Source of the DNA: Paramecium tetraurelia
Taxonomy: Eukaryota
Length of the DNA stretch: 64,000 nucleotides
Direction of reading: 5' to 3'
Assembly: GCA_000165425.1 (NCBI GenBank)
Contig: CT868141.1
Coordinates: 62,001 to 126,000 of the forward strand
In this document: piece by piece, positions 26,676 through 38,167 of the stretch
How positions within the stretch are numbered: the first letter of the stretch is position 1
Layout: each line of letters begins with the position of its first letter
The notes under the pieces: model-generated
Databases searched by the model: none
Told to the model about the DNA's origin: nothing
Seen by the model: only the letters and a program-made list of their open reading frames with translations
Position numbers and translations under genes: made by a program

Positions 26676-27303
26676 ATGTAAGCTGACCAGGAAATTGTTT
26701 TGAAATTATTATTCGTTGGGAGCTCTGTTGGGAAGTCATCGTTAATACTCAGATATTGCAATGATGAATTTAAAGAAGATTTTTTCCCAACAATTGGAGT
26801 CGATTTTAAGTTAAAGTAATTAGAATTTAATGGTAAAGCCATAAAGTTGTAGGTATATATGTTATCTAAAATTAGATTTGGGATACTGCAGGATAAGAGA
26901 GATTTATGACCATAGTCTCAAGTTATTACAAAGGAGCTCACGGATTTTTCATTGTTTATGATGTTACTAATAAGCAAAGCTTTGAAGAAGTAGCAAAGTG
27001 GGTTGATTGTAAATTAGATTATCCTATTATTATAGAACTTAAAATAGACACAAATCCAGATGTGCCTAAAATATTGATTGGGAATAAATCTGATTTGAAT
27101 GGGGCAAGAGAAGTCACTCCAGAAGAAGGTTAATAATTGGCAAACACTTTAGGTGTGCAATATATAGGTATCATTGTTAAATTTAAATAGAAACATCTGC
27201 AAAGGAAGGATTTAATGTTGAGCATGCATTTCAGACTTTGCTGGCTGAAGTTTATGCTCGTCATGAAAAAGAGGAAAAAGAGAAAGAATCCCAAAAACAA
27301 TGA
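26676..27303 (+). CDS. Divergent Rab1-like small GTPase; one-residue-short P-loop, no C-terminal Cys
   Basis: VGSSVGKS, TIGVDF, WDTAGQERF, YYKGAHG, GNKSD, ETSAK; three tiny introns; ends EKEEKEKESQKQ*. Confidence 0.88.
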
Positions 27304-27429
27304 TATAATAAAACAATCAATCGTAATATGATTTTTTAATTACTTTTTAAAATATCTGACTTTACAAAGAAAATTATGTTTATTATAAAATCTTTATAAT
27401 TTAAATAATTAGGTTTTACAGCTATTTTT

Positions 27430-27900
27430 TTCAATTTAATTACTATTATTGAATTTATGATTACAAATTTACAAACACTTAAGAAATTATGGCAATAAAA
27501 TACTCTTTAATAGAGCTTCTATCCAAAAAAATATTATAGAATTGAGACAATATCAACTTATTTTTGATGACCTCTTAAATTTATGAATTAACACAACTAG
27601 AAAGCTTGCATTAAATTAAGAGAAAGCAGATTAGGATGAATTTATTTGTAAATTTAGACATTGTATAATTTACAATTACACATTTTATGCAAAATCAAAT
27701 TACAATTAAAATTAAATTGAACTAAAGATTTCACTTTAGAATAAAACAGAAAGATTAAGACTATTGTTAACATAATTAAGGATATATTAATCAATATAAT
27801 TCTGTTCTAATATTATTATTTTCATATCTGCATAAAAGTATTGATTTACAAAAGAATGAGGAGTAGTTATTAAAATATAATCAATTATAATATCATTTAA
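27430..27900 (+). pseudogene. Possible decayed coding relic
   Basis: Protein-like stretches (MITNLQTLKKLWQQ; IIELRQYQLIFDDLLNL*) broken by frame changes and TGA; no family recognised. Confidence 0.25.
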
Positions 27901-28421
27901 ACATCTCTTCTTTCCAAATATTTTCTCATTTTTAGACATGATCCAACCTATGATGTTAGCAACGATTGAATAATATTATAATTTTTATTATTCATTACTG
28001 TTTAATAATATTACATTTTAAAATAACATATATACTCATAGATACACCAATATAGATTAATAATTTAACAATATTATTACCCTGAGATTCAAGTAGAGTA
28101 TGAGATTGGAAATTATTTTTATGGATTGTTGATTTAGATCAAATTGAAGTTTTGAGCAATTCTGGATCGAAATTGGAGGTAGAAACTGTTGTTATTGGTA
28201 CTCATTTAGAGATTCTAAAACCTATTGGTTTGTATGAATATGGGACAGAGTGTATTGATTAAATCCCAAAAAGTAGTACTTGATGGGATTTAAGTGTTAG
28301 TCATAATAACTCAACACATTTGGAATACCTTGCTGGATAGGATGGGATTTAGAAATGGAATTCTTGGATTCGATACATAGGATTTGTGTAAAGAATTCTC
28401 TGAAGAGATTCAATTTAATTA

Positions 28422-29945
28422 ATGCAATTAAAACAATTAGGCAGGAGCAAAATGTGCTACTTGCAGGAGCATCAAGAATTTGATATGTGCATAAAATATT
28501 TGTGTGTGGACAGCCAATGCACTCTGTAATTCAGAGCAATGTGTACAGATTGTTATAATAAGTTGCATTAAGGACATCGCGTAATTGATTTGATTGAAGC
28601 TGAACGATTGGCGTATCAGCAACACCAAGAGCATTTAGCATAATTCAAGTTGCATATCATCAAGCTTAATGAAATACTTTAACACAGCATCAAGACAATC
28701 AAATCTCATGTCAAGAAATTGCAAGCGCAATTCAAAATGCTTATTGAATAGGAATTGGAGAAATTGCATCAAGATCATCTCAAGCCTCCTATAGATCTGA
28801 ATGATTTTGCTTAGCAATTACTACAGCATCAGAATATCGTCTCCACAAAGCCTATACAAATTTTAACAAAAGGAGTGAAATAGCTGTTGTTGAAATCTTA
28901 TTTTTTAACTTCGGATATTTCTGTTTTTACATTCAAGGATTATGTGAATCTTTCAGATGAATCATTAGTATAAATCAAAAGGTTTGATCTTGTACAAAAA
29001 GTACTATTTGATTAAATTACATTTAATACTAACTCCACTGAAGCACTTCAAATTTTCAACAATCATCCTCAGAAAATCAAATGTCCAGGACTAGTTCATA
29101 TTTATTCTCTTGATATCAAACAAGATGGCACTCTAATCGCAGTTGGAGGCCATCCCGATACCCTCCTCTTAATAGATCCAATCTCAGAAATCATAGTGAA
29201 AACCTTCAAAACTAAATTCCTAGAAATCTTTGCTGTTAAATTCTCATCAGATGGACTTAGATTAGCAGCAGCTGGTTCATGTCCATACGAAATCTATGTT
29301 TGGAATTGTAATGACTTCGAACAAAGTCCAATCATCTTAAAAGCCTAACATCTTAACTAAATCAATAGATTATAGTTCGTCTCAAAATGTCTGTACACTG
29401 CCAGTGACGATTACAAACTTAGAGTCTGGAAGTTGAAGAAGAATGGAGTCAAGAATTATAAAGAGTATATAGGACACTGGGATAGTGTGTATGGTTTAGC
29501 TATCAACAACAAACACGTTGCATCTACAGGTAAGGACAAGACTTTGATTGTGTGGTTCGAAGGCAAGATCTTAAAATAATGGATGGCTCATGATGCTGAA
29601 TATGGAGGATATTGTGTTGAATATTCCCTTGATGGGAAATTACTCATATCTACTGGCTATGATAAAATTATTAAATTCTGGAGCACAGAGCATAATTACA
29701 AGTTGATCAAACAATTTTAGTCTCATGAAGAACCAATATGGACACTAGGCCTCTTAAACAATACGGAATTACTCGCAACGGCCAGTTGGGATAATACAAT
29801 CAAAATTTGGGATATAAAAAGTGGAAAATGTCTATACACTCTTGAAAATCATTTTCATTCATCTCCATGTTTAAATATCAAGCGTTATCCCTTGTAATTC
29901 TTAGCTACAAATGAGGGTGGTTTCATTTTGATATGGAATTTGTGA
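28422..29945 (+). CDS. B-box-like Zn finger + coiled coil + WD40 repeat protein (507 aa, intronless)
   Basis: CYLQEH..CVDSQC..CTDCYNKLHQGH; WD repeats TASDDYKLRVW, GHWDSV..TGKDKTLIVW, TGYDKIIKFW, SHEEPIW..TASWDNTIKIWD. Confidence 0.88.
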
Positions 29946-30154
29946 TTACTCAAGAAATGATATTTATCATTGTAATTTACATTCATCTACTTCTATCCTA
30001 TATGTGTAATATTATATTAATATTTGTATTTATAACCAAGTTTAATACAATTTACAAGTATATATGACCAACATATTTAGATACTCATGCTTTCCTTGCA
30101 AAAATATCCAATATAACTATTATATTTTTAATAATATATTACAATCTTTTTTTT

Positions 30155-31202
30155 ATGATTAATGAATAAACTATTTAAGATATGGTACCATATATATGGC
30201 CAGAAGACTATGATGAACGTCTCCAATTTAGTTTGGATCTGAAAATGGAATTCTAAAATTTCATAGTTTCATATCCTTAACTCAAGGATTACGTATTATG
30301 GACGATGTAGAAAATTTCTGAAGAGGCTCCCTATTTGGATTTATAAGACATATTCCAAATAGATCAAGAGAAAACTCATAAATTATACAAAGTTCTCCAC
30401 CCTCTTCACTCCAATAACACATTCATTGATTTCAAATAGCCCGTTTCAAACAAAGCCCTATAAAAACTCATATCTGACTCGTATAGGTTGTTTAATCGAA
30501 GCATCCTAGACTACTAATCCAAACTAGTGACCTATGCAAAGTATTATAAAGCATCTGTCTCTATATTCAAGAAATCCATCAATCAAATGTATATAGATTA
30601 CAATACTTTAAATTTTGTTTGTTCTTGTGCTACCAAATAGTGCACTACTTTGAATAGATTATGGAAAGATTACGACGATACCTCTGAGAAATACAAGAAA
30701 TTACAGCTATCTCTTTAAAAATTGGAACAAATGTAAAAACCAGATGATCTTACTCATTATTTCAATAGATAATAACTCATTCTTATATACACACTCTTTA
30801 GTCTAATGCAATGCGAGCAAACTATTGCCATCCAATTAGGGGAAGAGTATTTACCATTGTAACTCTCGCCTCTTGAACCCCACTTTGAAGAATAGGCGGA
30901 AGATTTCTCTTGGAATATTAATGGATTTTCTTAAATTAGAGATTATTTCCCAAAATTGGCACATAAACTCAATAAAAGAATCAAAATCCTTAAGGACCTT
31001 CCTCTATTCACTATTCAAGACCGTATTAAAATCTATCAATATACCTAACATTAATTGGGATATAAAAAAATTGATGATATTCATGTAATCTAACAATAGA
31101 ACATAAGTGACATCTTAAACTATAGGTAAGCAAACTGTGATCTAGAATTAATCCTTTTAGTTGCAAATGCTAGATGCTATACACAAATACTCTATTCATT
31201 GA
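30155..31202 (+). CDS. Hypothetical protein
   Basis: Long TGA-free frame MINEQTIQDMVPYIWPEDYDERLQFSLDLK...; introns and end approximate. Confidence 0.55.
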
Positions 31203-32350
31203 TTTGATTTTAATTTCTAATTAATTACTAATAATCATTCTTAGCCTTATATATAATCAAATTCTTATTTTATAATTAATATCCAAAACATTACTTGTAT
31301 ATATATTAAATTCTAATCTTTTGTAATATAATGAAATTTAATCCTAAAAAAATTAATATTCAGTATATATAATTTCCATAGAAATTTAGAATTATTTTCA
31401 AGACTAATGAAATACAATAAATTTATTCCTAGTTACTATTTCTACGGAAAAATATTCTTTAAATTCTTAAATTTGTATAAATAAATGAATTTATATTTAA
31501 GAATTAAGTTTTAACATTACTTACTCTTAAGTCATCTTAAAATTTAGGAAGCTGATTTCTGTTATTTTTTATATTATAATCAAGGTTATTAAGAAATTAT
31601 TCATACTTAATAAAAGAAAATTGTCTATGATTAATTTGTAAATTAAGAGTACAATTCTTCTTGTCATAATCAAAGATAGATCTTGAATATTTGAGTTCTA
31701 AATAAAAGTTAAGGTCTTGAGATAATTATTTTTAATTAATTAGAACTTAAAATTACATTTAGTTAATTATTGATAATTTTGAATAAATATTCTTTTTACA
31801 ATCCGAAAAACAACAAACTTTACACAAAAATCAAGTAAAATATTATTTAGAATTAATAACCAAATTAATCCTGAATATTTAAAATATATATAAAATCAAC
31901 CCACAAATTTGTCTTAATACTGCAATCTCGCATAAAAAATGAGCAACACTCAATCCTTCTTACAGATACTTGCAATAGATCTAAATATACAGGAATTTTT
32001 TCATTAATAAATAATCCTTGTTAATAAGATTTGATTATATTATGAATGGATAGTCATCCTCGAATGACAAATTTAAGAATGTCATTAATACAAATATATT
32101 ATTCATAATCCTCTTCCTTTGAATTACAAATTAATCATAGAAATCCCTCTTCTAGCGATAAATTTACATTAAATATTACAATTATTCCTTTGATATATTA
32201 TCTTTAAGAATTTTCAATAAATTATGACTGTTTTAGTATGAAAATTAAAAAGCTTCAGCTATAAGCTTATGATAGTATAGGTATCATTAATATATTGTAT
32301 AATTTCTCTAACATTAAGTTTTATTTGATATAATAAAAATAAAAAATAAA

Positions 32351-33189
32351 ATGGACGATTCACAATTAGATTTGGGAGCTTTGGAGGACATTGATCCAAG
32401 TTTAGAAGGAGGTTTTAAAATCCAATTTGATAGAGAAATTCACATAGAAACAAGGTAGATGTGAATCAATAATAATATAAATAGGGTTCAAGATGCAAAT
32501 ACAGGACCACAAGAAATTGGTACATTAGAATAGGTTAGAGTGAAAATTTTAGTTTAAGTTTACTTTATTGTTATTAAATATAGGGGGAGTAATAAGCATT
32601 TGAGAATTTGAAAATTGAATTAACAAGCGAAACAGATTTGTTTTTCAATTACATTACAATGTATTATTTAAATTGAAAATAGAATAAATAAAGAGACTTA
32701 TAAAAGCATAAGAGAAGAATAAAAATTAACAATCGAATATCCTCAATTTTTATAAATGTTGATCAAGCTGTTAAATGCTTGTCATAAAGAACCTAATCAG
32801 TAAACATTTATTTTGATTCAGTTTCTTTTGCGTATTGTTCATGCAATAGGATGGTGCAGGAAGACTTGATTTTATTGAAAATTTAGAATACAAATTTATG
32901 GAAATGTTGTCCTTAGAATTCAGTTCTGCTTCTGAAGAGGCTATCAGATAGAATGTTTCATTTAGATATAATTTAATGAAGGCAAAGTTGCAATTCGTTT
33001 AAAATAGGTATGTAGAAATGTAAATGCTTTAGATTAAATGACATAGCATCTTTGATAAAATTGAAGAATCCTTCACTGTTAGTGTAAATCAATAAAGCAT
33101 CAGCGGGTGTCAGTTAAAATTAAAGTACTTAAAATGCCAGCAAATACTTGGGATAATCAAAAAAGACCAATACATCAAAATTTGTTTGA
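32351..33189 (+). CDS. SAS6L: SAS-6-like protein (SAS-6 N-terminal head domain with short coiled coil)
   Basis: DPSLEGGFKIQFDRE..LKIELTSETDLFFNY..EQKLTIEYPQF..LDFIENLEYKFMEMLSLEF..IRQNVSFRY..KNPSLL; five tiny introns. Confidence 0.8.
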
Positions 33190-33858
33190 TTTAGCTAATA
33201 TTCATATTAACATCACAAGATTAAACATTTTAACTTCACTTTATTATAACTAACTTATAAAATGCTTATTTTAGTTAGATAATGTCTTTCTTATCAAACT
33301 CTTTAGGACTCATTATACCCTTATTTTTAAGGAAGGGAATACTTGGGTTGTAAAATCAAGTTTAAGTCTGCAAAATTGTCATATTATTATTATATAATTA
33401 TAAGGTCTAATCTGATTTTCCATGATTTTCATTTAATTATTTTGGATACAATAATTAGGCTTAATTAGAATTAATTTGCTAATATTATTTTAATTTGATT
33501 TGCACTATCTTCTTTAAATTACAAGATAAACTGTTCTATTCATATTTTCTTCTGTTCCATCTTATTTATGCTATTTTTACTCTGATTTGTATTTCTTCTC
33601 TCAGTGATGATGTGCAAATTATATTAATTTCTAATTTTTCACCTTTCTTACTATTAGAGATAATCGTTTAAATAGTCCATTTCTAACAAAAAACACTTCC
33701 TTTTTCTTAATTAGAGTCTTTAATAAGCTCATAATTAATTAAAAATAAAGTTTGAATGTGCTTATGAACCAATACAAAATAGATTTTTAATTATCTTGAG
33801 CTGTATTTATTTTTGCATATTGATATGATATTAAATTTTATATTATATGTTGTAATTT

Positions 33859-34631
33859 TCATACTTTATTGAATAAATTTAATTTGAATTCTGGTGTTCT
33901 ACTCAAATGACTAATCAAATCTCTTTGTCTTATAGCTTCTCTTTGTTCAGGTGTTAATCCATTGAATTCAAAATTGATTCCCTGTTCGGCCTTATTTCCA
34001 ATCTACAAATTGCCATGAGCTGTATTGTAATAAATCCAACCTACACTATTATGATATTCCTTACCAATTAGTCCTCCCAACAAAGCTCCTGGTCCATATC
34101 TTCTGATGCTGAAAAATGCTGCCAATGCTGCTCCATAAGCTGCATGACCAAAAACATATCTATTAAGTGTATGTTCATGACCTCTTGAACAAACAAGTTA
34201 ATAAAACCAGAAAAAGTAAGTAACTCCAAAGAAAGCACCAAGAGCTCCGTGTCTAGATGCTTATCGAAGGGCAATGAAAGCTGGACCTGTGAATCCATTT
34301 TTGCTTCCAAAGACCCTTCCTTTATTGATTGCCAATGCATTCACTGATAATTGCTTGAATTAGTATGTAGCTCCAAATAATATGGCAGTAAGAGCCCCTT
34401 TATAAGCATACTTTGCACATGTGCTAACAATGTATAATATATAATTATATACAGAACTTCCCAATGATGCTCTTAAAACATGTCACGAGTAGCCCACCAT
34501 CTTCTCCACCAAGGTTAAGATCCTTTTACATAAATTGAATGAACATCATTCTATTAAGGTCTTCCAGTGATTGCATATTGACTCTTATCTTCATGATTCT
34601 AATTCTAAAGTGGATTAGTGCCGAATCCCAT
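33859..34631 (-). CDS. Gly-rich multi-TM protein, probably mitochondrial inner membrane (Tim17/NDUFA11-like)
   Basis: TM segments with small-xxx-small motifs (GALTAILFGAT; GALGAFFGVTY; GHAAYGAALAAFF; GALLGGLIGWIY); two introns. Confidence 0.55.
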
Positions 34632-35342
34632 TATTTTAATAAATAAATATATGTATTATACTAATTACTATATTCATATATTCAGTACTAAATAGAAAAT
34701 ACTATCCTATAGCTGCAGAGAACATTGAATAATGAAGAAAATTAAATCTAGAAAAGGTTGGGTTAGAAATACACAAAAATATCAATAATCAAGCATCCTA
34801 ACTGTTTAACCAAATTAAATATGAGGGCTATTCGTCAAATATTATAATTCTCAAATAATAAGAGAGCTTCTATCTATTATACAACTTTTTATCTTTATGT
34901 AATAAGCTTGCTAAAGAACTCCATTATCAGTTCTTCTCAATATCCAATTAATAATTAGTAATTTTAATAAAGCTAATGGAAAGTGACAAAGGTATTAATC
35001 TCTATTTTCTATTTTCTATTAATATAATTATTGCATTCATTTTAAATAAGATTCATTAATTTTAGTTCAGTTTGAATTAATTAGTCCATTACATTCTGAA
35101 TACAACCTACTTATTATCATCTTTCTTTTATTTTAATTGATAATCTTAATATTTCTCTTCGAAACCTTCAAAATATACCAAGACTATGCATTTCAAAGTA
35201 TATAAGTAATTCTAAAGTCATTCAAAGATTAGCTACTTAAGCTCAGAAAATATATCGTTTTCTTATATAGGTTTAAATATAATATTATATATATGTCGAC
35301 TATTAATATACGAGGAAAATTAAAAAAATATATTTCATTCCT

Positions 35343-35902
35343 TCAGTTTTATTCAGGCTCATCATTAGAATGGAATTATTGCTCGTAATATAGTTTCTGT
35401 TTGTCAATAACTTATCCTTGTTTTTACTTTTCTTTAGTTTATTTTTTTCCTGATTATTAATCACCCTCCTGAATTTCTGAATGCTAGCCGATACCATTAA
35501 ATGTTTGCCCAGGATTCAATTACAGCCTTTCCTATATTTATTTATCAGAAAATCCCATTTAAGACAATATTTCTATTAGCTATTACATTTCTTTTTTTAA
35601 AAAAGGCTATGATTGATTTCTTTTTCCAGCTTTTTGTTATTAGGTTGATGTTTAATCCTTTTGCAAAAAGACTTGGAATGCAAAATCTATATTGGTTTGT
35701 AATTTTTATTGTAATGGCTATATTAGTTTAATACTATTACTTGTTCTTCTATTAGCTTTTCCAGCACCATTTTTAAAGAGTTGTACATTCTAAAATAATC
35801 GATTTGTTTAATATTGTTTAAATTCACATCTTTGATGTCAAAAGGAAAATCGTCATTTTCAGATTTCAATATTAAAAGAGGACGAGTTTATTTCCTGCTC
35901 AT
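35343..35902 (-). CDS. Small HTH/UBA-like protein, inverted paralog of 15744-16313
   Basis: MSRKQTRPLLILKSENDDFPFDIKD..IDYFRMYNSLKMVLEKLI..QTNIDFAFQVFL..QLIEILSQMGFSDKQIQERLQL; a 23-nt intron at the shared position restores the frame. Confidence 0.75.
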
Positions 35903-36531
35903 TTTTATTTTAAATTAATATAAATTGATAATATTTATTTATTAACAAATCCAGAATAAATTATAAATATAAATATTTAATTTTAAAAAGACTAATAATG
36001 TATATCAACTGTAATCATAATTCAATATAATGAGAGTTATTGATTAATTTGTAAGTAATTGTAGAACTAATAAAAAAAATTATTTTATTTACTGCTAATT
36101 ATTTTCGTATAAAACATATCCTCTTTTCAAATATTCTTTATCATATATTTAGATACAATAAAACATAGAAAGTAATTAGACAAACCTGTTGGATTAATAT
36201 ATTCTTAATATTGAATTTTAATTAAATCCCATCTTGATGGAGATATTTTGATTTTACATAAATTTATATTTAAAATCATTCTTATGAAAATATCATTATT
36301 TTATAGAATCTATTCTAATAATTGTTTAATGGCAAACCCTACTAAAGATTTTTTTTGATTATCATCTTGATTGATTTTAAATTTGTAAACATAATTTTCA
36401 ATTAAAATTAACTCATTTTATAATATTATAATTCAAAATTTGAAGATTTAATAACAAATATGATTGTCTAAATAAAGTTAGGTATTTTAGAGTTATTATA
36501 AATTGTAATTGTTATTGTTTGTTTTATTATA

Positions 36532-37153
36532 TCATTGAATTTGTGTTTCTTCAGCTTTCTTCTATTTTTCAAGACGAGCTTAGGCTTCCTCTATTAAATT
36601 TAGAAAAGCATGCTCAACATTAAATCCTTCCTTTGCAGATGTTTCTATTTAAATTTAACAAATATACCTATAAATAGCATACCTTAAGTGTTTGCCAATT
36701 ATTAGCCTTCTTCTGAAGTTACTTCTCTTGCCCCATTCAAATCAGATTTGTTCCCAACTAAAATTTTAGCTACATTTGTGTTTGGATTTTTCGTCACTAT
36801 CCTAATAGTATGAAGTAATATACATTCTATCCATTTAGATATTTCGGTAAAACTTTGCCTATTTGTAATATCATAAACAATTAAAACTCCATGAGATCCT
36901 GTGAAATAATTTTTCAGGAGGCTCATATATTGCTCTTATCCTGAAGTATCCCAAATCTCATTTAAGATATAATGTTTACCTGTAACTTGAAGGCTTTATT
37001 GTTGAATTCTAAAGACTTTGTTTTAAAATCTACTCCAATAGTTGAGTTATGTTTTTCTGGAAATTCGTTATCACAAAATTTGAATAATAAAGCTGATTTT
37101 CCAACAGGTGAGTGTCCGATTAGTAGAAATTTGAACTTTGTTTCTGTTTCCAT
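36532..37153 (-). CDS. Divergent Rab1-like small GTPase, no C-terminal Cys (inverted paralog of 26676-27303)
   Basis: GHSPVGKS, TIGVDF, WDTSGQEQY, GNKSD, ETSAK; same three intron positions; ends KQKKAEETQIQ*. Confidence 0.85.
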
Positions 37154-38167
37154 ATTTATATAAATAAAATTATGCATTCCATTTTATATTTTTCAACTAT
37201 AAAAAGATTTAAACTTATAATTAAATTAGGATATAGATTATAAATTACATGATTTAATAAATTATATAAGTATTATTATGAAATCAACAGATTTAATTTG
37301 GATAATATTATGCTCGAGTAATTATCATACCTAAATTAATCAAAATATATAGTAATTTTTTCATTGAAATCAAAATTAATAATAATAGCAGGATCTCCTG
37401 GTTAAGCAGTATTAAATTACTAGTATTTCACTTAGTATTTTAAAAAAGTTATAGAGGCTTACTCTTAATTTTATATAAGATTCTTTAACAATGCTAGGAT
37501 ATAACAATCAATTAATAATTAATTTAATATGTGTTCGAGCTGAATTTTGATTCATAATAAAACAATTAATCCTTGATAGAAATCTTAGCTTTTAACCCTA
37601 AAAAATTATATAAAAATGAATTAAATTATTTTTGGTCAATTTGAATGACAAATAAATATTCATCTACATTTGAAAATAATCTAAATATTTCACTCCTAAG
37701 TCCAAATATAATATATTTAAAGGGTTTTTGAAATTAGAATTTATATTTATTCTAAGAAGTAGCCAATAAACAATTGCATCAATAACTTGCCTATTATTTG
37801 TTTCTTGCTATCCTTTAATTTTTAAATTACTCTGCTTTTAGTATTATTCCTAATTAATTTTATTAAAGAGATGAATTTTAGAATGAAATCAGTTTTCTAA
37901 TAACTCAATTATATAAAACTTCGTATGATATCAGAACTTGAAAAATAAAATCTCTCTTTTTTGTAATCAATTTATTCAGCAATGAACTCATCTCATTTTT
38001 GATATTTTATGATAAATGTAATTCCAAAGAAATTCATAAGTTGGGAAAATATTCAAACCGTTTTGTTTATCAATTAATGCATTTCACATAAATTTAATCA
38101 GAAAGAAAATATTATGTCTTAGAAGTAATTTTATAATTAACTATATAAATAAATAAATTAGTTTAAA

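Noticed and set aside
27939..28400. Higher-GC segment with long TGA-free frames upstream of the WD40 gene
   Set aside because: No consistent ATG/intron/stop model or recognisable motif; with only one stop codon, long open frames arise by chance.
33200..33732. Possible small minus-strand gene from ATG 33732
   Set aside because: The frames tried hit an early TGA or lack a start, and no plausible intron rescues them.
37593..37602. taaccctaaa as a telomeric repeat
   Set aside because: Single unit, no tandem C4A2/C3A3 array.
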